A stretch of 64,000 bases of DNA from Kondoa subrosea (lineage: Eukaryota). Below the pieces are notes generated by a model. That model had not been told where the DNA came from. It did no database searches and worked only from the letters and a program-made list of their open reading frames with translations. Position 1 is the first letter of the stretch, and the number at the start of each line of letters is the position of its first letter. The DNA is taken from the NCBI GenBank assembly GCA_039545335.1, contig BCIN01000002.1:434001-498000 (forward strand). The letters are read 5' to 3'. The translations under genes and the position numbers were made by a program. Below are positions 52,226 through 64,000 of this stretch, in pieces.

Positions 52226-52777
52226 TTGCAGAAGGGGACCGGTTGAGACAGAAAGACAGGCGTTGTGATGATGAAAGCAGGCAAATGCAGGCTTGCCGAG
52301 CAACCGTCAAATTCACTAGGTTCCTGTTTCTGCCTCGCTGTGGTGTACTGGCTTTAAGACTCTGCTTGAGGTTTACAGAGAATACAAACAAGCCATCAAG
52401 CCCATGAGAAGGACCGAAACACGTTGCAAATTTCAGCTATTTACTGTAGTACTAGTGAATGTTCTTTGCAATCTCCAGCTGCTGGCCATTCGTCCTTTCA
52501 CGCTATTTGCGAAGTCTATCAGTTGGCGTCGTGGTCACTTTTAGACCTGTCGCGAATCTCATGCCGCTCACCGCTGACTGATTTAACCGGGGTTGATCGA
52601 GCTCGCAATCAAATCACATTCTTCGCTTCATTCTCTATCTCAAGCGGCCAGGTTTGCGCCCAAATCACCATCTTAGAGCAGTCTTCTTGTCCATTTGCTA
52701 CAACCTGCTACATTCCTCGTCTGGTGTTAGAGCTATCACCTGCAGCCCCGTACTTGTATCGCACTCAGCTACTTTGC

Positions 52778-54975
52778 ATGGCGGAGCCTGAACCCGAGAA
52801 AGCTGAGCCTCCTACTGTTGCTCCAACAGCAGCGAAGATCTCCTTGCCGGATGATCAGAATCCATTGCATTGGAATAATTGGAAGCGTGGTCGTTTGGTA
52901 GCTTCTGTTTGTGTACCGACTCTCGCTCTGACTTATACGTCTTCATCCTATGTTTGCTCCCCATCAAATGCTCCGCTCAGCGCTCATATGAAATCATCAC
53001 CAGATCGCTTCCTTTGGTTACTTGATGAGAAAGTATGATGCTTCGAAAGAAGTCATTGTATTAGGCGTGAGCCTATTTGTCTTTGGATTTAGTGTAAATT
53101 CTGGCTTCCTTCCTTGTAGAATTATGCTGAAGTTTCGTGACAGCTCGGACCGTTGATTTTCGGCCCAACATCAGACATAATAGGACGGCGTAAAGTATAC
53201 GTTGTGTCATATGGTTAGCCGGGCTCTCGACTTCTGTTTCGCTGTTAAATACCCTAATACAGGCTTCTTTACTGCTTTCTCTTTCGGCGCAGTATATGCC
53301 AACAATGTTACCGCCTTGATGTTGTTTCGATTGCTAGCGGGTATAACGGGCGCTTCATCGCTGAATAATGCACCTGCATCGGTAAGCAAGTCATTTTTCG
53401 CAAGAGTCCTGGTGAAAGCTGCTGTAGATTGGAGACGTTACAACACCGGTGCAGCGTATGAGATGGACTGTGTTATATGCAGTGTGTGCTTTTGCAGGCA
53501 TGTTAATCTACTGAAAGCATAACGAACCAAAATTTTATGTCTATCCTAGGACCTTCACTCGGGTATGCATTTCCGTTGGAACCTTACATCTGATGTCGAG
53601 TCTAGCCTTTTGGCAACAGACCTCTCTTTGGCGGTCTTATCGACGCTCGTGTAGGCGGCAACTGGAATCTTCTCGTCAATGCCATCTTCGTAGCAGTCTG
53701 TTGGATTTGGTTGATCATCGACAGTCCGGAAACTCATGCGTGAGCTTGTATCACCTTCCTTCTTGCTGTAAACTGAAAAATACATAGGCCGACCTTATTA
53801 TCTCGCTACGAGGCAAGAATAGACCCAGAGAAGGCGAAAAGCATGAAATTGAGCAAGAAAGCAATATTGCAGCGCTACAAGACTGCATTATACAAGCCTT
53901 TCTATCTACTCTTCACTCATCCAGGTAAGTGTTTGTGCTGAATTGGACGCTGCGAGGCTAGATTGAATCAATCTACAGTTCTGGCTGCTATTTCCGTCTA
54001 CTTGTCTTTCCTCTACGCTCTGATCTATGGACTCTTCAACGTCTTTCCGATCATCTATAGGCAAGTCCGAGGGTACAATGAAGAAGAGTTCGCCTACACC
54101 TACTTCTCGCTTGCCTTGGGTTTCGTCATTGGATGTGCTGCAAGTCTAGTACCGTTTGAGGCTGGCTTTGACCTGATATCACTAAGGCAGCTACTTTACT
54201 GGCCTATCAACAATGCGTATTTTCGAGCGGCCAGAGCTGCCGCACCCAAAAGGTGTACTCCGGACAACCGCTTCGTTGGTCTATATTGGGTCGGTCGATT
54301 GCCTCGCCTATACCTTCATGTCAGCTCAAAATATGACGAAAGACCTGTTGGATGGTTCCTCTGGCTTTTCTGCTCACCGCTACTACTTCGTACAAGAAAA
54401 TATCGCCTGCTGGTAATCTAATAGCGGAAGTAAGTTAGCTTATTGCAGCACATACACTTAGCTAAACATTTTCCAAGGTTCTGTTTGCTTGCGGAACCAT
54501 TTTGGTTTTTACTGCCTTTGTGATTTCAAACACATTGTGATTGACAAAAACGCACTAATAACAACATCACTCTTAGATCCCGTTTATCATCGAGCTTTAT
54601 ACTGTGGATGCTGGATCAGCATTGGCCGCTGCTCAAGCTTGTAGAGCTATTAGCGCGGCTGCTTTTCCTCTGTTTACCACACAGGCGAGTCTTCTGCTGC
54701 GCATCCCTGTCAGGCTTTGTCTTAGATGTCTTCTCGTCCAGATGTAGTAAGTCAATATGATGGCTACGTACCGAAGTTCGAAGAGCTGATATATGTCACA
54801 AAGTCACAAGCTGGGAATTCCTGGTGCTTCGGGTATTTTTCTTGGAATCTCAATCCTGCTCGCTCCGATGCCTTGGATCTTCAAGTGTGAGCAATGCGAG
54901 ACGAGTGTCACCATTCATCTGACCTGACGAATATGCTTAGATAATGCAAAACGTCTTTGGCCTGCATATCTGTAA
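52778..54975 (+). CDS. MFS multidrug transporter (DHA1 family), many exons
   Basis: DDQNPLHWNNWKR, LGPLIFGPTSDIIGRRKVY, FRLLAG, GPSLGPLFGG, PETH, AAFPLFTTQMY. Confidence 0.9.
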
Positions 54976-55110
54976 TTGCAAGCTATAGCTGTGTACTGTA
55001 CTATATGTGTATTGTGAATATGTTCTATGCTGCGAATTGACATCGTTTGTCGAAGAAGTTCAGTTTTGCTTTTTACTTGTTTTCCTGTTACAGCTATACC
55101 CACAGCAAAT

Positions 55111-56714
55111 ATGGGACGGCGCAAAAGGAAGAACCGTACTCATGATATCCATGCTTCTGAGGCTGCTGGATCTGGCGCTTCCTCTGGCGCACCAAAATCT
55201 TTCGTCGTGAAATCTGGCGAAATAGGTGGAAGCTTGCGCTCGTTGATACTGGATGTGCGAAAAGTACTGGAGCCAAACACTGCTACTCGATTGAAAGAGC
55301 GCAAATCAAACAAGCTACGAGATTATCAATCCATGGCCGGTCCTTTGGGAGTTTCTCACATCTTGACTTTTTCTCAATCTGCTGCTGGAGCTACGCCTGC
55401 TGCTCAAGAAGAAGACGAAGATCTTGCTTCGAATGTCAACATGAGGATAGCGAGATTACCTAGAGGTCCTACGCTTAGCTTCAAAGTTCTTCGTTATGCT
55501 TTAGCAAGAGATGTGCTGAATGCAACTAAACGGCCTCACTCGCCTGGTCGAGAGTATGCTACAGAAGCTCTGGTATGTTGTCGCATAGTGTTGGTAACTG
55601 CTCTGAATTGTGTTTCCAGCTCATCTTGAACAATTTCTCTGGTGAAGATCGTCAAGTAAAACTCATGGCTTCCCTCTTTCAGAACCTGTTCCCAGCTATC
55701 AAAGTACATAGCGTACGTACATCTCTAGAGCGCTCCCTAGTCTGTTACTTATGATCTACACAGATGCATCTGACTCAAGCTCGCCGTATTGTTCTGCTTT
55801 CTTATAACCCAACTACTCGCACAATTGATCTCCGTCATTATCTAATCACCATTAAACCTATCGGCATCTCTCGTCCTATCCGTAAAATTATTGAAGGTTC
55901 TACATCGCAACAACCTAAATCTCGTTCAGCTACACCTTCTTCCTCTTCCACTTCCGCATTGAGAAAGAAAGCCGTACCCAATTTGGCTAACGCAGAGGAT
56001 ATTTCAGATTACGTTTTACGACAAAATTTAGATTTCGTTTCTTCTGCATCGGAAGCAGAATCTGATTTATCTGAAGCTGATTTAAGTGGAAGTGAAAATG
56101 AAGCGAATGCCAAGAAAGTGGTTCGGTTACCAATGGATTATATTGGAAGAGCCAATAGAAAAGGAAAAGGAGAAAGAAGAGCTGTTAGATTGACTGAATT
56201 GGGACCAAGAATGGAATTAGGGTTGTATAAAATTGATGAGGGTATAACGGGTCAAGAAGGGGAAGTGCTCTTTCATGAATACGTCAAGAAAACAGCAAAG
56301 GAAGTCAAAGAGATCAAAAAGACTGTTGAAGGACGAAAGAAATTATTGGCTGAAAGGAAGAAGATTCAGGCAGCTAATGTTGAAGCAAAGAAAGCAAAGC
56401 AAAGAGAGAAGAAGGAGCTAAAGAAACAGAAGAAGCTAGCCAGAGAAGCTGCTGGAGAAGAAGCCTCAGGATCAGAAGAAGGAGAGAGCGAGTCGGAGGA
56501 AGAAGAAGAGACTGATGAATTCGGATACGAAGACGAATTTGGAGGGGAAGCTTTGGTTGATGGTCAAGAAGCCGAATTGCTTGAGGATGTGCTGGAAGAA
56601 GGAGACGAAGCTCCTGAAGAAGCGCTCGAGCAACCCGCTAAAAAGCAAAAGATCGAACCGAAAGCAAAAGGTAAACCGAAATTTACCATGAAGGCTTCTC
56701 GTCCTCGGCCTTAA
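55111..56714 (+). CDS. SSF1: Brix-domain ribosome biogenesis protein Ssf1/Peter Pan
   Basis: MGRRKRKNRTH, PKSFVVK, EPNTATRLKERKSNKLRDY, PRGPTLSF, IDLRHY, VRLTELGPRM. Confidence 0.93.
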
Positions 56715-56751
56715 TTCGTAGTAGCTCATTGTATTATTATTATCATTTGGA

Positions 56752-57897
56752 TTACATTGCAGCCATTCCTGCACTTGCTGTTGCATTGCTGAGCTTGTCC
56801 TGAACCAACCGATCAGTATGCCTTTTATTGTTTTCGAAAGAGTTTACTCGTAGCATGATACTTAATCGCTGCCCTCCGCCTACTGACGTTCCTTTCCAGT
56901 CAGCCGTCAAAGGCAAAGAATGCTTGAACTTGTATCGAATCGAAGCTTTCTGTACATATACGCTTCCAGGTTCTACCAATATTGAGAAGGACGCGGATGT
57001 TGAGTTATCCACCGGATCGAAGCGCATGACTCTTGAGCTGCCTGCAAGTATACATAAACTTAACGAACCAGCCCAATACGGTGTATACAGTGAGAGACGA
57101 ACCTAAGCTGACACCTATGATGATTTCACCTGATGCTTGAACGTTATCCACATGTGGAAAGATCTCTCCCTTGTTTGAAAGGTGTAGCAAATGCATCAAC
57201 AAATGTCGAGGCACGTCAATGAAATCTGGTTTCTCCATCATATCAGGCGTATTGCTGAATGGAGGAGGGAAAGGTGGGTTGGGAGCCAAAGAGGGTAGAA
57301 GGTCGTACATTCTAGATAGCAGAGAGGGCAGAAGAGTGGCTTCTTCCTTGTCTGTTGGCAGTGGCCAGCTTGTCACCGTTCGCTTGAAAGTACATTAGTC
57401 AAAGTAGACGATTACAGATCGAAGAAAGCACATACTTCGCGGAAGCCTGTGATGCTGATAAGAGTCAATTATTGCTGTTTGGTGCACAGAGATAATATAC
57501 TTACACAGTGTCAAAATGACTTTGTTCGAAAGAGTACGCTTCGTCCTAATCATGGCCATTTTAGACAAGGAAATAGACTGAAAAAGGTACATACAGGCAA
57601 GAAAGAACCCGGTTCTTGCTTGTAACCTCGATTCGCCGATCTCCATGCTCGCAGTTTCGAGCGTTCTTCGACTGAAGCTTTTCGATTCATCAATGCCAGA
57701 GCGGAAGAGAGCAGTAAAGACTGTTCTGCGGTATTGAAGAAGTCTGGGTAGAGCAGCAAATCATTAGCGTTGATACCGATGGTTTCTTGAAGTGATGATG
57801 GTAAGCGAGATAAATCAATATTGGGATGTTTCGAAGCCAGAGAAACAGACGAGTAGGATCGGGACAAGACCTTCCGAGCGCGTAGAGCTGACTGCAT
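56752..57897 (-). CDS. AlkB-family 2OG-Fe(II) dioxygenase (ALKBH7-like), probably mitochondrial
   Basis: HLLHL...HVDN (HxD), GVSLG, IRYKFKHS, QRLSIMLR; N-terminal presequence-like segment. Confidence 0.8.
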
Positions 57898-57989
57898 TGC
57901 CCAATGGTTGCAGGACAAAGCTAGGTCCGAAACGACCGTCGCGATATATATCCAAGGAGCAAGCACCATACCCTAATGAGCTCTATACC

Positions 57990-60900
57990 ATGTTTGCGCT
58001 GCCCAGCTTGACTGTGCCAGTGAATCGGATCTTGTCCTTCTTGATCAGACGTGCTTTGGGCAAGTACTTCGACTTACAAGATTCACCTTTGGATGCGGGC
58101 GGCCTTCAAGGATTAGAAGCAGATTTGAGCAAGGGCAGAGTGGTACTGACTGATCTGATACTCAATGTTGATGTGCGTCCGATCACAGCAATACACTCGG
58201 AGGAGGGCTGAATAGTCATGGAAAACAATAGAGCTTGCAAGATGTATTGGCAGATCTGCCTGTAGATTTACGCTCTGGTTCTCTGGCACGCGTGGAAATC
58301 TCAGTCTCTACTCCTTTGTCTCTTTCATCAAGCATTTCAATATCGCTTGAAGGTCTGAAACTAGAAGTAGACCTGCGCACCACGGGAGCCGCTATAGGGG
58401 AACATTTGCATTTGCCTGAAGATTTGGCTCAATCTATTCTACTGGACGTGGAAGATGACCTCATGCACTCCTTTGAGCAAGATGTTCCAGGCGGTTTCAA
58501 TACAGTAACTCAACCTATAGAACAGTCACCTGGCATGATGGCTCGATGGATCGAACGATTGCTAGCTAGAGTCTCAATCACTGCGAAAGATCTTGTTCTG
58601 CATGTCAACTTGGATCCAACAACAGAGGTGGAAGTTCGACTGAACGCAATTACCATGTCAGCCGAATCTACGAATCGAGAACGGATGCTCTCTTTCTTCA
58701 ATCTAGGCTTCTTCTCTCGTATATCTCAAGGAGAAGAAATGCAGAGAACAGACAGCAGTAGAACGGACGAGACCAGCTCAGGAGATGATTTGGCTATGAG
58801 CATGGCTATCGCTGATCTACGGTCATCGCATGTGGACTTGGCAGAAACGGAGGAGAGCACATATCTCAGCGCTGACGAAGAAGAAGACGAAGAAGAGCTT
58901 GATGCAGACGAAAACCTAGCGGATGATGAGACTGATCAAGGTATACTATCTGAAGAATGGCAGCAAGTCCTTTCCCTCGGCTCGGATCCTCTAGGTATCA
59001 AGATTGGATTCCCTACTTCTGGATTTAATCCCTCAACAATAGATATATTGGTCGGTCATATCACGCTCTTGATGTTTCCGGCACAGTTGGAAGCTTTCCT
59101 GGCTGTGTCACGCTCCCTGTCGACACATTCTACATCTTTAAGGCCTTCAGAACCAAACCAATCGTCAAGTCCAGCTATATCTCTGACTGTTAAATCCTTC
59201 ACCTCCTTTCTCTCGTTTGAAGATGAAGTCGCAAATTTGCAGAAGTTCTGGCACAAACCGACTTCTCCTCATCTCAACATATCTCATATTCGTGTCCGTC
59301 TACACAAACTGGCCTATGCTAAGGGAAAAGCCAAGATTGAAGACGCTGCTGTAGTGGAGTATGATCCTCATACTACTCGATTATTGCCCATATTGCTCTT
59401 CGATTCTGCTATTACTCAAGAATATACTCTTCCTTCAACTGTAGACGAAAAGTGCGAGACCAAAGAATGGAATTCCGCGTTTCCCAAGATCGAAGGAGGG
59501 AACTGGCTTCAGCTTGATACCCAGCGGAAGATCAAGTCTTCCACATCCAATACCGAAGCAGTCCAGGTCTACAAGGACGAAAATACATGGCACATAGGAA
59601 CACAAGCTATTCGTGTTTTCCTGGATCTATCTTTGCTCGAAAGAGTGAAGCCTCTGCTGGACGTGCTTGTCTCGTCGGAAGATAAGGAACCAGATGGTAG
59701 GATGGGAAAGTCAATCTCGTCCGATCCCACATCAATCAACTTCAGCTGCCCTGCTTTGCGACTCGAAGTTTCTTGCGCAGCTGCAGAAGAAGCTATACCA
59801 CTAGGCGTCCTTGCCCTGGACCTGCGAGACTTGGTACTCTCAACCAGTCTTGGCTTGCAACTAGACTTCGGTCACCTTGTCATTCTCTACACAGACCCGC
59901 TAGGTGTGTACTGACCGTATACGTCTGTCGTTATGTTGATGTCGGTATAGCCCTTCGTGCATCAGCGCTCTGTACCATCTTATCATCTCCTACATCTAAT
60001 GTAATACGAGTCTCTTTCCCTTCGCCGAAACAGATCGAAGTGACTCTGCCACTCGTCCTGTTAAACCTCAACAAACCTCTTCTCGATGGCTTACAAATAT
60101 GGGCAGACCAGATTACTCAATACTTTGCTCAGCGCGAGCTTGCGGAAGAGCAAGTCATTGGTAGCAAGATCTTAGCTAATAGTGTTTACGGCAAGAAGAG
60201 CATTTTTGGTAGCCGAAGAAGTCAGAACAGCTCTGGTTCTAGTTCATCTGAGTCGGACAAGGCTTTGACGACTTTGGCTTGTTGCTTGAACATCAGTAAA
60301 GGTTTGTCCGGAATTCCCATCGTGATTTGGTCAGGCTAAGCTGACTATACATGTAGCTGTTGTTAAGCTGGACTACTCTTCCCCTTTTTCAGAAGGGAAG
60401 AATAGCCGTGTACTTCAAGCAGTAGCAAATGATATTGCAGTAAGCTTTCGCACCAGCAAAGCAAATGATGTTAGTTTCTGGATGATATCCCTAATGCCCT
60501 TCAAGCTAACAAGCGTGTAGGCGGACCAAATTCTCGTGGAGATCACCCTACAAGAGCTTGCCGTGGTCGATCTATCCCTGACTGCGTATCAACAGCTTGT
60601 TGGCCGCATACCTGTGCAGAAGTCCACTGTTCCGATGCTCGCTGTAGCCTTCACTAGCTCGACCACGAACCCTGATAAAATCAAGAAGAGCCGAGCAGCT
60701 GTGACTGTTTCAGATATCGCGATCGCGCTGTCGACCGACATCAAGTGGATAGGCGATGTGCTATATTGCTTGCAACCGCCAGCAGGTGTACGTATGATCC
60801 TAGTTCTTTCTCTCGTTTGCTGACAATCGTCAAGGTCTTTGCATCTGCTGTCCCAGCCGACAAAACGAGAATCCGCTTGAAGTTGTGTAACCTTTGCCTG

Positions 60901-63617
60901 CACCTTCGGTCATCAGTAAATTCCCAAAGCTTGGCTCTCGTTCTGGACTATATGGACTACGCAACTAATTTAACTCCAATTCAGCCAATGACACTTGCTT
61001 CTGCGCAATCAGGTCGTTTGCGCTTGATGCTCTCTGATCACGATACTACTGAAGTCTTCTGCGGGGACAAGCGGGAGTCCCTTCAGACATGCTGGACCTC
61101 GAAACAATACGTGGAAATGGCTCTCATTGAGGATTTAACGGCTTCCACTCGTCAGGGCAATGGAGCCGTATTACCTGATTTCGAGGGCAAAATCAGCAAC
61201 TCAAGTCTCTCGCTCAGCCTATGTCCTGACTCTTTAGAAACACTTGGTTCAATATTTGGTGAGATCGGATCCATGCAGCTCGGCAGAGAGACAAGGCCGT
61301 CGAAGAAAGCCAAATCAAGCAGTCGGACTTCGCCTGCGACGTCAACTTCTTTATCTTCTAGTAGGTCGATCAACCTTTTTAGTAAGTCTGGCACTACCGT
61401 GAGCTCTCGCAACCTGACAATATTTTCCGAGCAGAAAGTCTGGATGATCACGCTTTCGCTGCCATTGAACCGCTGGAGGCTCTCATAGATCTGGTAAACG
61501 ACGACGTGCCAGCTAATTCTTCTTATCTGGGCATCACAGAACAGCTGGCGGAAACCCTCTCCGATAATAATGCTGCCATGCAGCAAAAGTATGGCAAGCC
61601 AAAGAAATCGAGCCCAGGACAACAGGACATAGTAATACACCAACCTTCTGTATTCAGCTTGGAAGAGGGCTATTTGACTACTCAGCGATATCGAGACGAA
61701 GCGACCGCGATCAGGTTAGTTCCCTAAAATTGCATAAAACCGGCATCTGAAGTAACAGTGCAGTCAGGCCTGTTCAAATCGCATCGACTTCGCGAGCGAT
61801 CGTCTTAGTGTGCGGATACACGAAGGCTACGACTGGGAACGCACTCGTAGTACCATCAAAACCGAAATCCGCCTAGTCCGTCGCAAACTCTTGCGCATTC
61901 GCCAATTATTAGCTAGCGGCCAAAGGCTCGACGCCGAATTGAGCCAAGCTTCTTCAACCGTCTTCAACTGCGTGCCTCTTGGTCTGCCTTGCGATTTAGC
62001 TTCGCTATCCGATGAACAATTGAATGCAGCCATTGATCAAGAACTTTCGCATAGTGGCGAAGAAGAAGATTCTTGGGAACAAATTCTATCGTCAGATCAA
62101 ACAATGCCATCTACAGCTGCCAAAACGATGCTCAGCACTGTGGACTTGTGTCGATCAGCCACACCGGCTATCGAAATCGTACTGGCGAGGCTGCAATTTG
62201 GTTTGACCACATACCCAGCAACGAATCAAATGGCAACCCGACTGAAGTTATCAACTAATTCTCTGGAGATTCTGGACGGTATAAAGACTTCCACTTGGCA
62301 TAAGTTTTTGACCGAACTTCGAGTGGGGGACGGGGGTTTTGCCAGACCGGCTGAGGAGCCCATGTTGCGCGTCTTGTTCACTCAAATGAGGTCTGCGAAG
62401 CAATTGAACGGGACAGAAGCTCGATTGAAGGTTGGTCATAATCAAACATTGTTGCAATTTGGACTCTGCTGACCGTGACAATGTAGCTAAAAATCGCTCC
62501 TCTACGTTTGCATGTGGATCAAGATGCTGTAGACTTCCTTAAACGATTTGGCAGCTTTAAGAGCAGCAAACCCGACGTCTCGGCACCTCAGGCAAATGAA
62601 GCCTTCATTCGTAAGAACGAATCCCTTCGAACATAGCTCTACTGATGCAGATTGCAGAACGGATCGAAATCTACCCTGTCAAGATCAAACTAGATTACAA
62701 ACCGAAGCGTGTGGATTATACTGCTTTGCGCGGAGGCAAGCTATCGGAAATGATGAATTTCTTCCACTTTGATGGCTCCGAGATGATTTTACGATATATC
62801 TCGCTTTCGGATGTGAGAATATGAATCTGCTCCTAATACGCATCGCTCAATATTTATAGATCACTGGCTGGTCTCGCATGTCAGATATGCTTCAAGACAT
62901 ATGGACTCCAGATGTCAAAGCCAATCAGCTAGCAGGAGTTCTCGCTGGAATAGCTCCTATTCGCTCTGTCGTCAATGTTGGCAGTGGTGTAGCGGACTTG
63001 ATCCTTTTGCCCGTCGATCAATACCGGAAAGACGGAAGACTGCTGCGCGGACTCCAGAAAGGCGCTGCCTCTTTTTCTAAAAGTTCCGCTCTGGAAGCAC
63101 TGCGACTTGGAGCAAGATTGGCGACTGGGACGCAAGTCATCTTGGAAAAGGCCGAGTCGGTAATTGGAGCTCGAATTGGCTCCACCATGAACATGGAAAC
63201 CATCACTACCGAAGCTAGCCGCTCTCGGTATGCAGCACAACCGATAACAGCTGCAGCTGGCTTGAAAGGTGCTTATGAAGATCTTGGCGAAAATCTTCGG
63301 GCAACCGCACAAACTATCCTCGCCGTGCCAATGGAAGTGTATGAGCGCTCGAGTACTGATGTGAGTCCGATTCTTGCGATTAGGCTGCCTCTGATTTGCT
63401 GGACAGGGCTCTGTCAAGGCTGTGCTTCGCGCTATTCCAATTGCTATTCTTCACCCTGCGATCGGAGCTACAAGCGCAGTATCCAAGACCTTGATGGGCT
63501 TGACAAATCAATTAGATCCGTCAGAGTAAGATACTGTTCTTTTAGCACAACCTGAAAGGTTGCTAATCATTGTCATTTTCCGACAGTCTCGCTCGTCAAT
63601 CTGACAAATGGCGTTGA
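57990..63617 (+). CDS. ATG2: Autophagy lipid-transfer protein Atg2
   Basis: Chorein-N start (RILSFLIRRALG), HEGYDW, PLRLHVDQDAVDFL, LDYKPKRVDY, EMMNFFHFDG, WTPDVKANQL, RLATGTQVILE. Confidence 0.93.
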
Positions 63618-63814
63618 ACTCATTTTTGTGGCATGCTGTCTATATTGTACTAACCCTTGTATCTCATCACATTCGTTACTTGTACTTCATCTCATGTCAT
63701 TATTAGCATTGTACTAGTATTACAAACCATATTTTCGCTCTACTATTTATGCCCATTACGTATTGGATATGTCTCAGACATGTGATATCTCATTCCCTTT
63801 GAATCCCTTTTGAC

Positions 63815-64000
63815 CTAGAACCATGATAATTGTCCATACACTACCGCTAAACTGATAGTCGTCAATATCGTTACCGGCAGAGCGTTCCATATTGCGAATT
63901 GCATGGGAGTGATATGAATGCCTTTCTGTTTGAGTATTTCTCTCCAAAGTAACCCAGCTAAAGAAGCCGCGAACGACAAACTAAGAGCGCCTGTCGGGGA
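63815..64000 (-). CDS. C-terminal exon of an ArsB-like (arsenite efflux/ion transporter) membrane protein, partial
   Basis: Manual minus-strand translation, not in the ORF track: GALSLSFAASLAGLLWREILKQKGIHITPMQFAIWNALPV...*. SLAGLLWR is typical of fungal ArsB-like proteins. Confidence 0.7.
   Translation of the reverse strand, partial: SPTGALSLSFAASLAGLLWREILKQKGIHITPMQFAIWNALPVTILTTISLAVVYGQLSWF

Noticed and set aside
6191..63417. Numerous antisense and alternative-frame ORFs in the track
   Set aside because: They are shadows of well-supported genes, or exon read-through into introns.
1..64000. tRNA, rRNA, transposase/RT genes and mating-type pheromone genes
   Set aside because: None recognised by eye. 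tRNAscan and Rfam were not run, so small RNAs could be missed.

Overview
Eukaryotic, intron-rich, very gene-dense fungal DNA. Gene content and intron style suggest a basidiomycete, probably a Pucciniomycotina yeast; this is inference. About 30 spliced genes were reconstructed by hand from 45-70 nt introns, and most ORF-track entries are single exons or antisense shadows. Most genes are housekeeping: Rab escort protein, She4/UNC-45, MTAP, 6-phosphogluconolactonase, Fhit, GrpE, Myb TF, WW-MyTH4-RhoGAP, haspin, CPSF6-like, CCA1, OSBP, MFS, Ssf1, ALKBH7-like and Atg2. A secreted/redox block at 19-27 kb holds a Kex2-type secreted protein, an N-terminal-His LPMO-like protein, RTA1 and a BBE-like FAD oxidoreductase. 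The most unusual items are: (1) an apparently non-coding array of ~4 x 212-bp units at 14.7-15.5 kb with a conserved stem-loop; (2) a probable GA-AG intron in Fhit, in a window with several GC-AG introns and micro-exons; (3) a GT2 glycosyltransferase whose QxxRW motif reads QRLNR; (4) two introns immediately after the She4 stop codon; (5) a probable frameshift in an F-box gene. All family assignments come from recognising motifs by eye; no searches were run.
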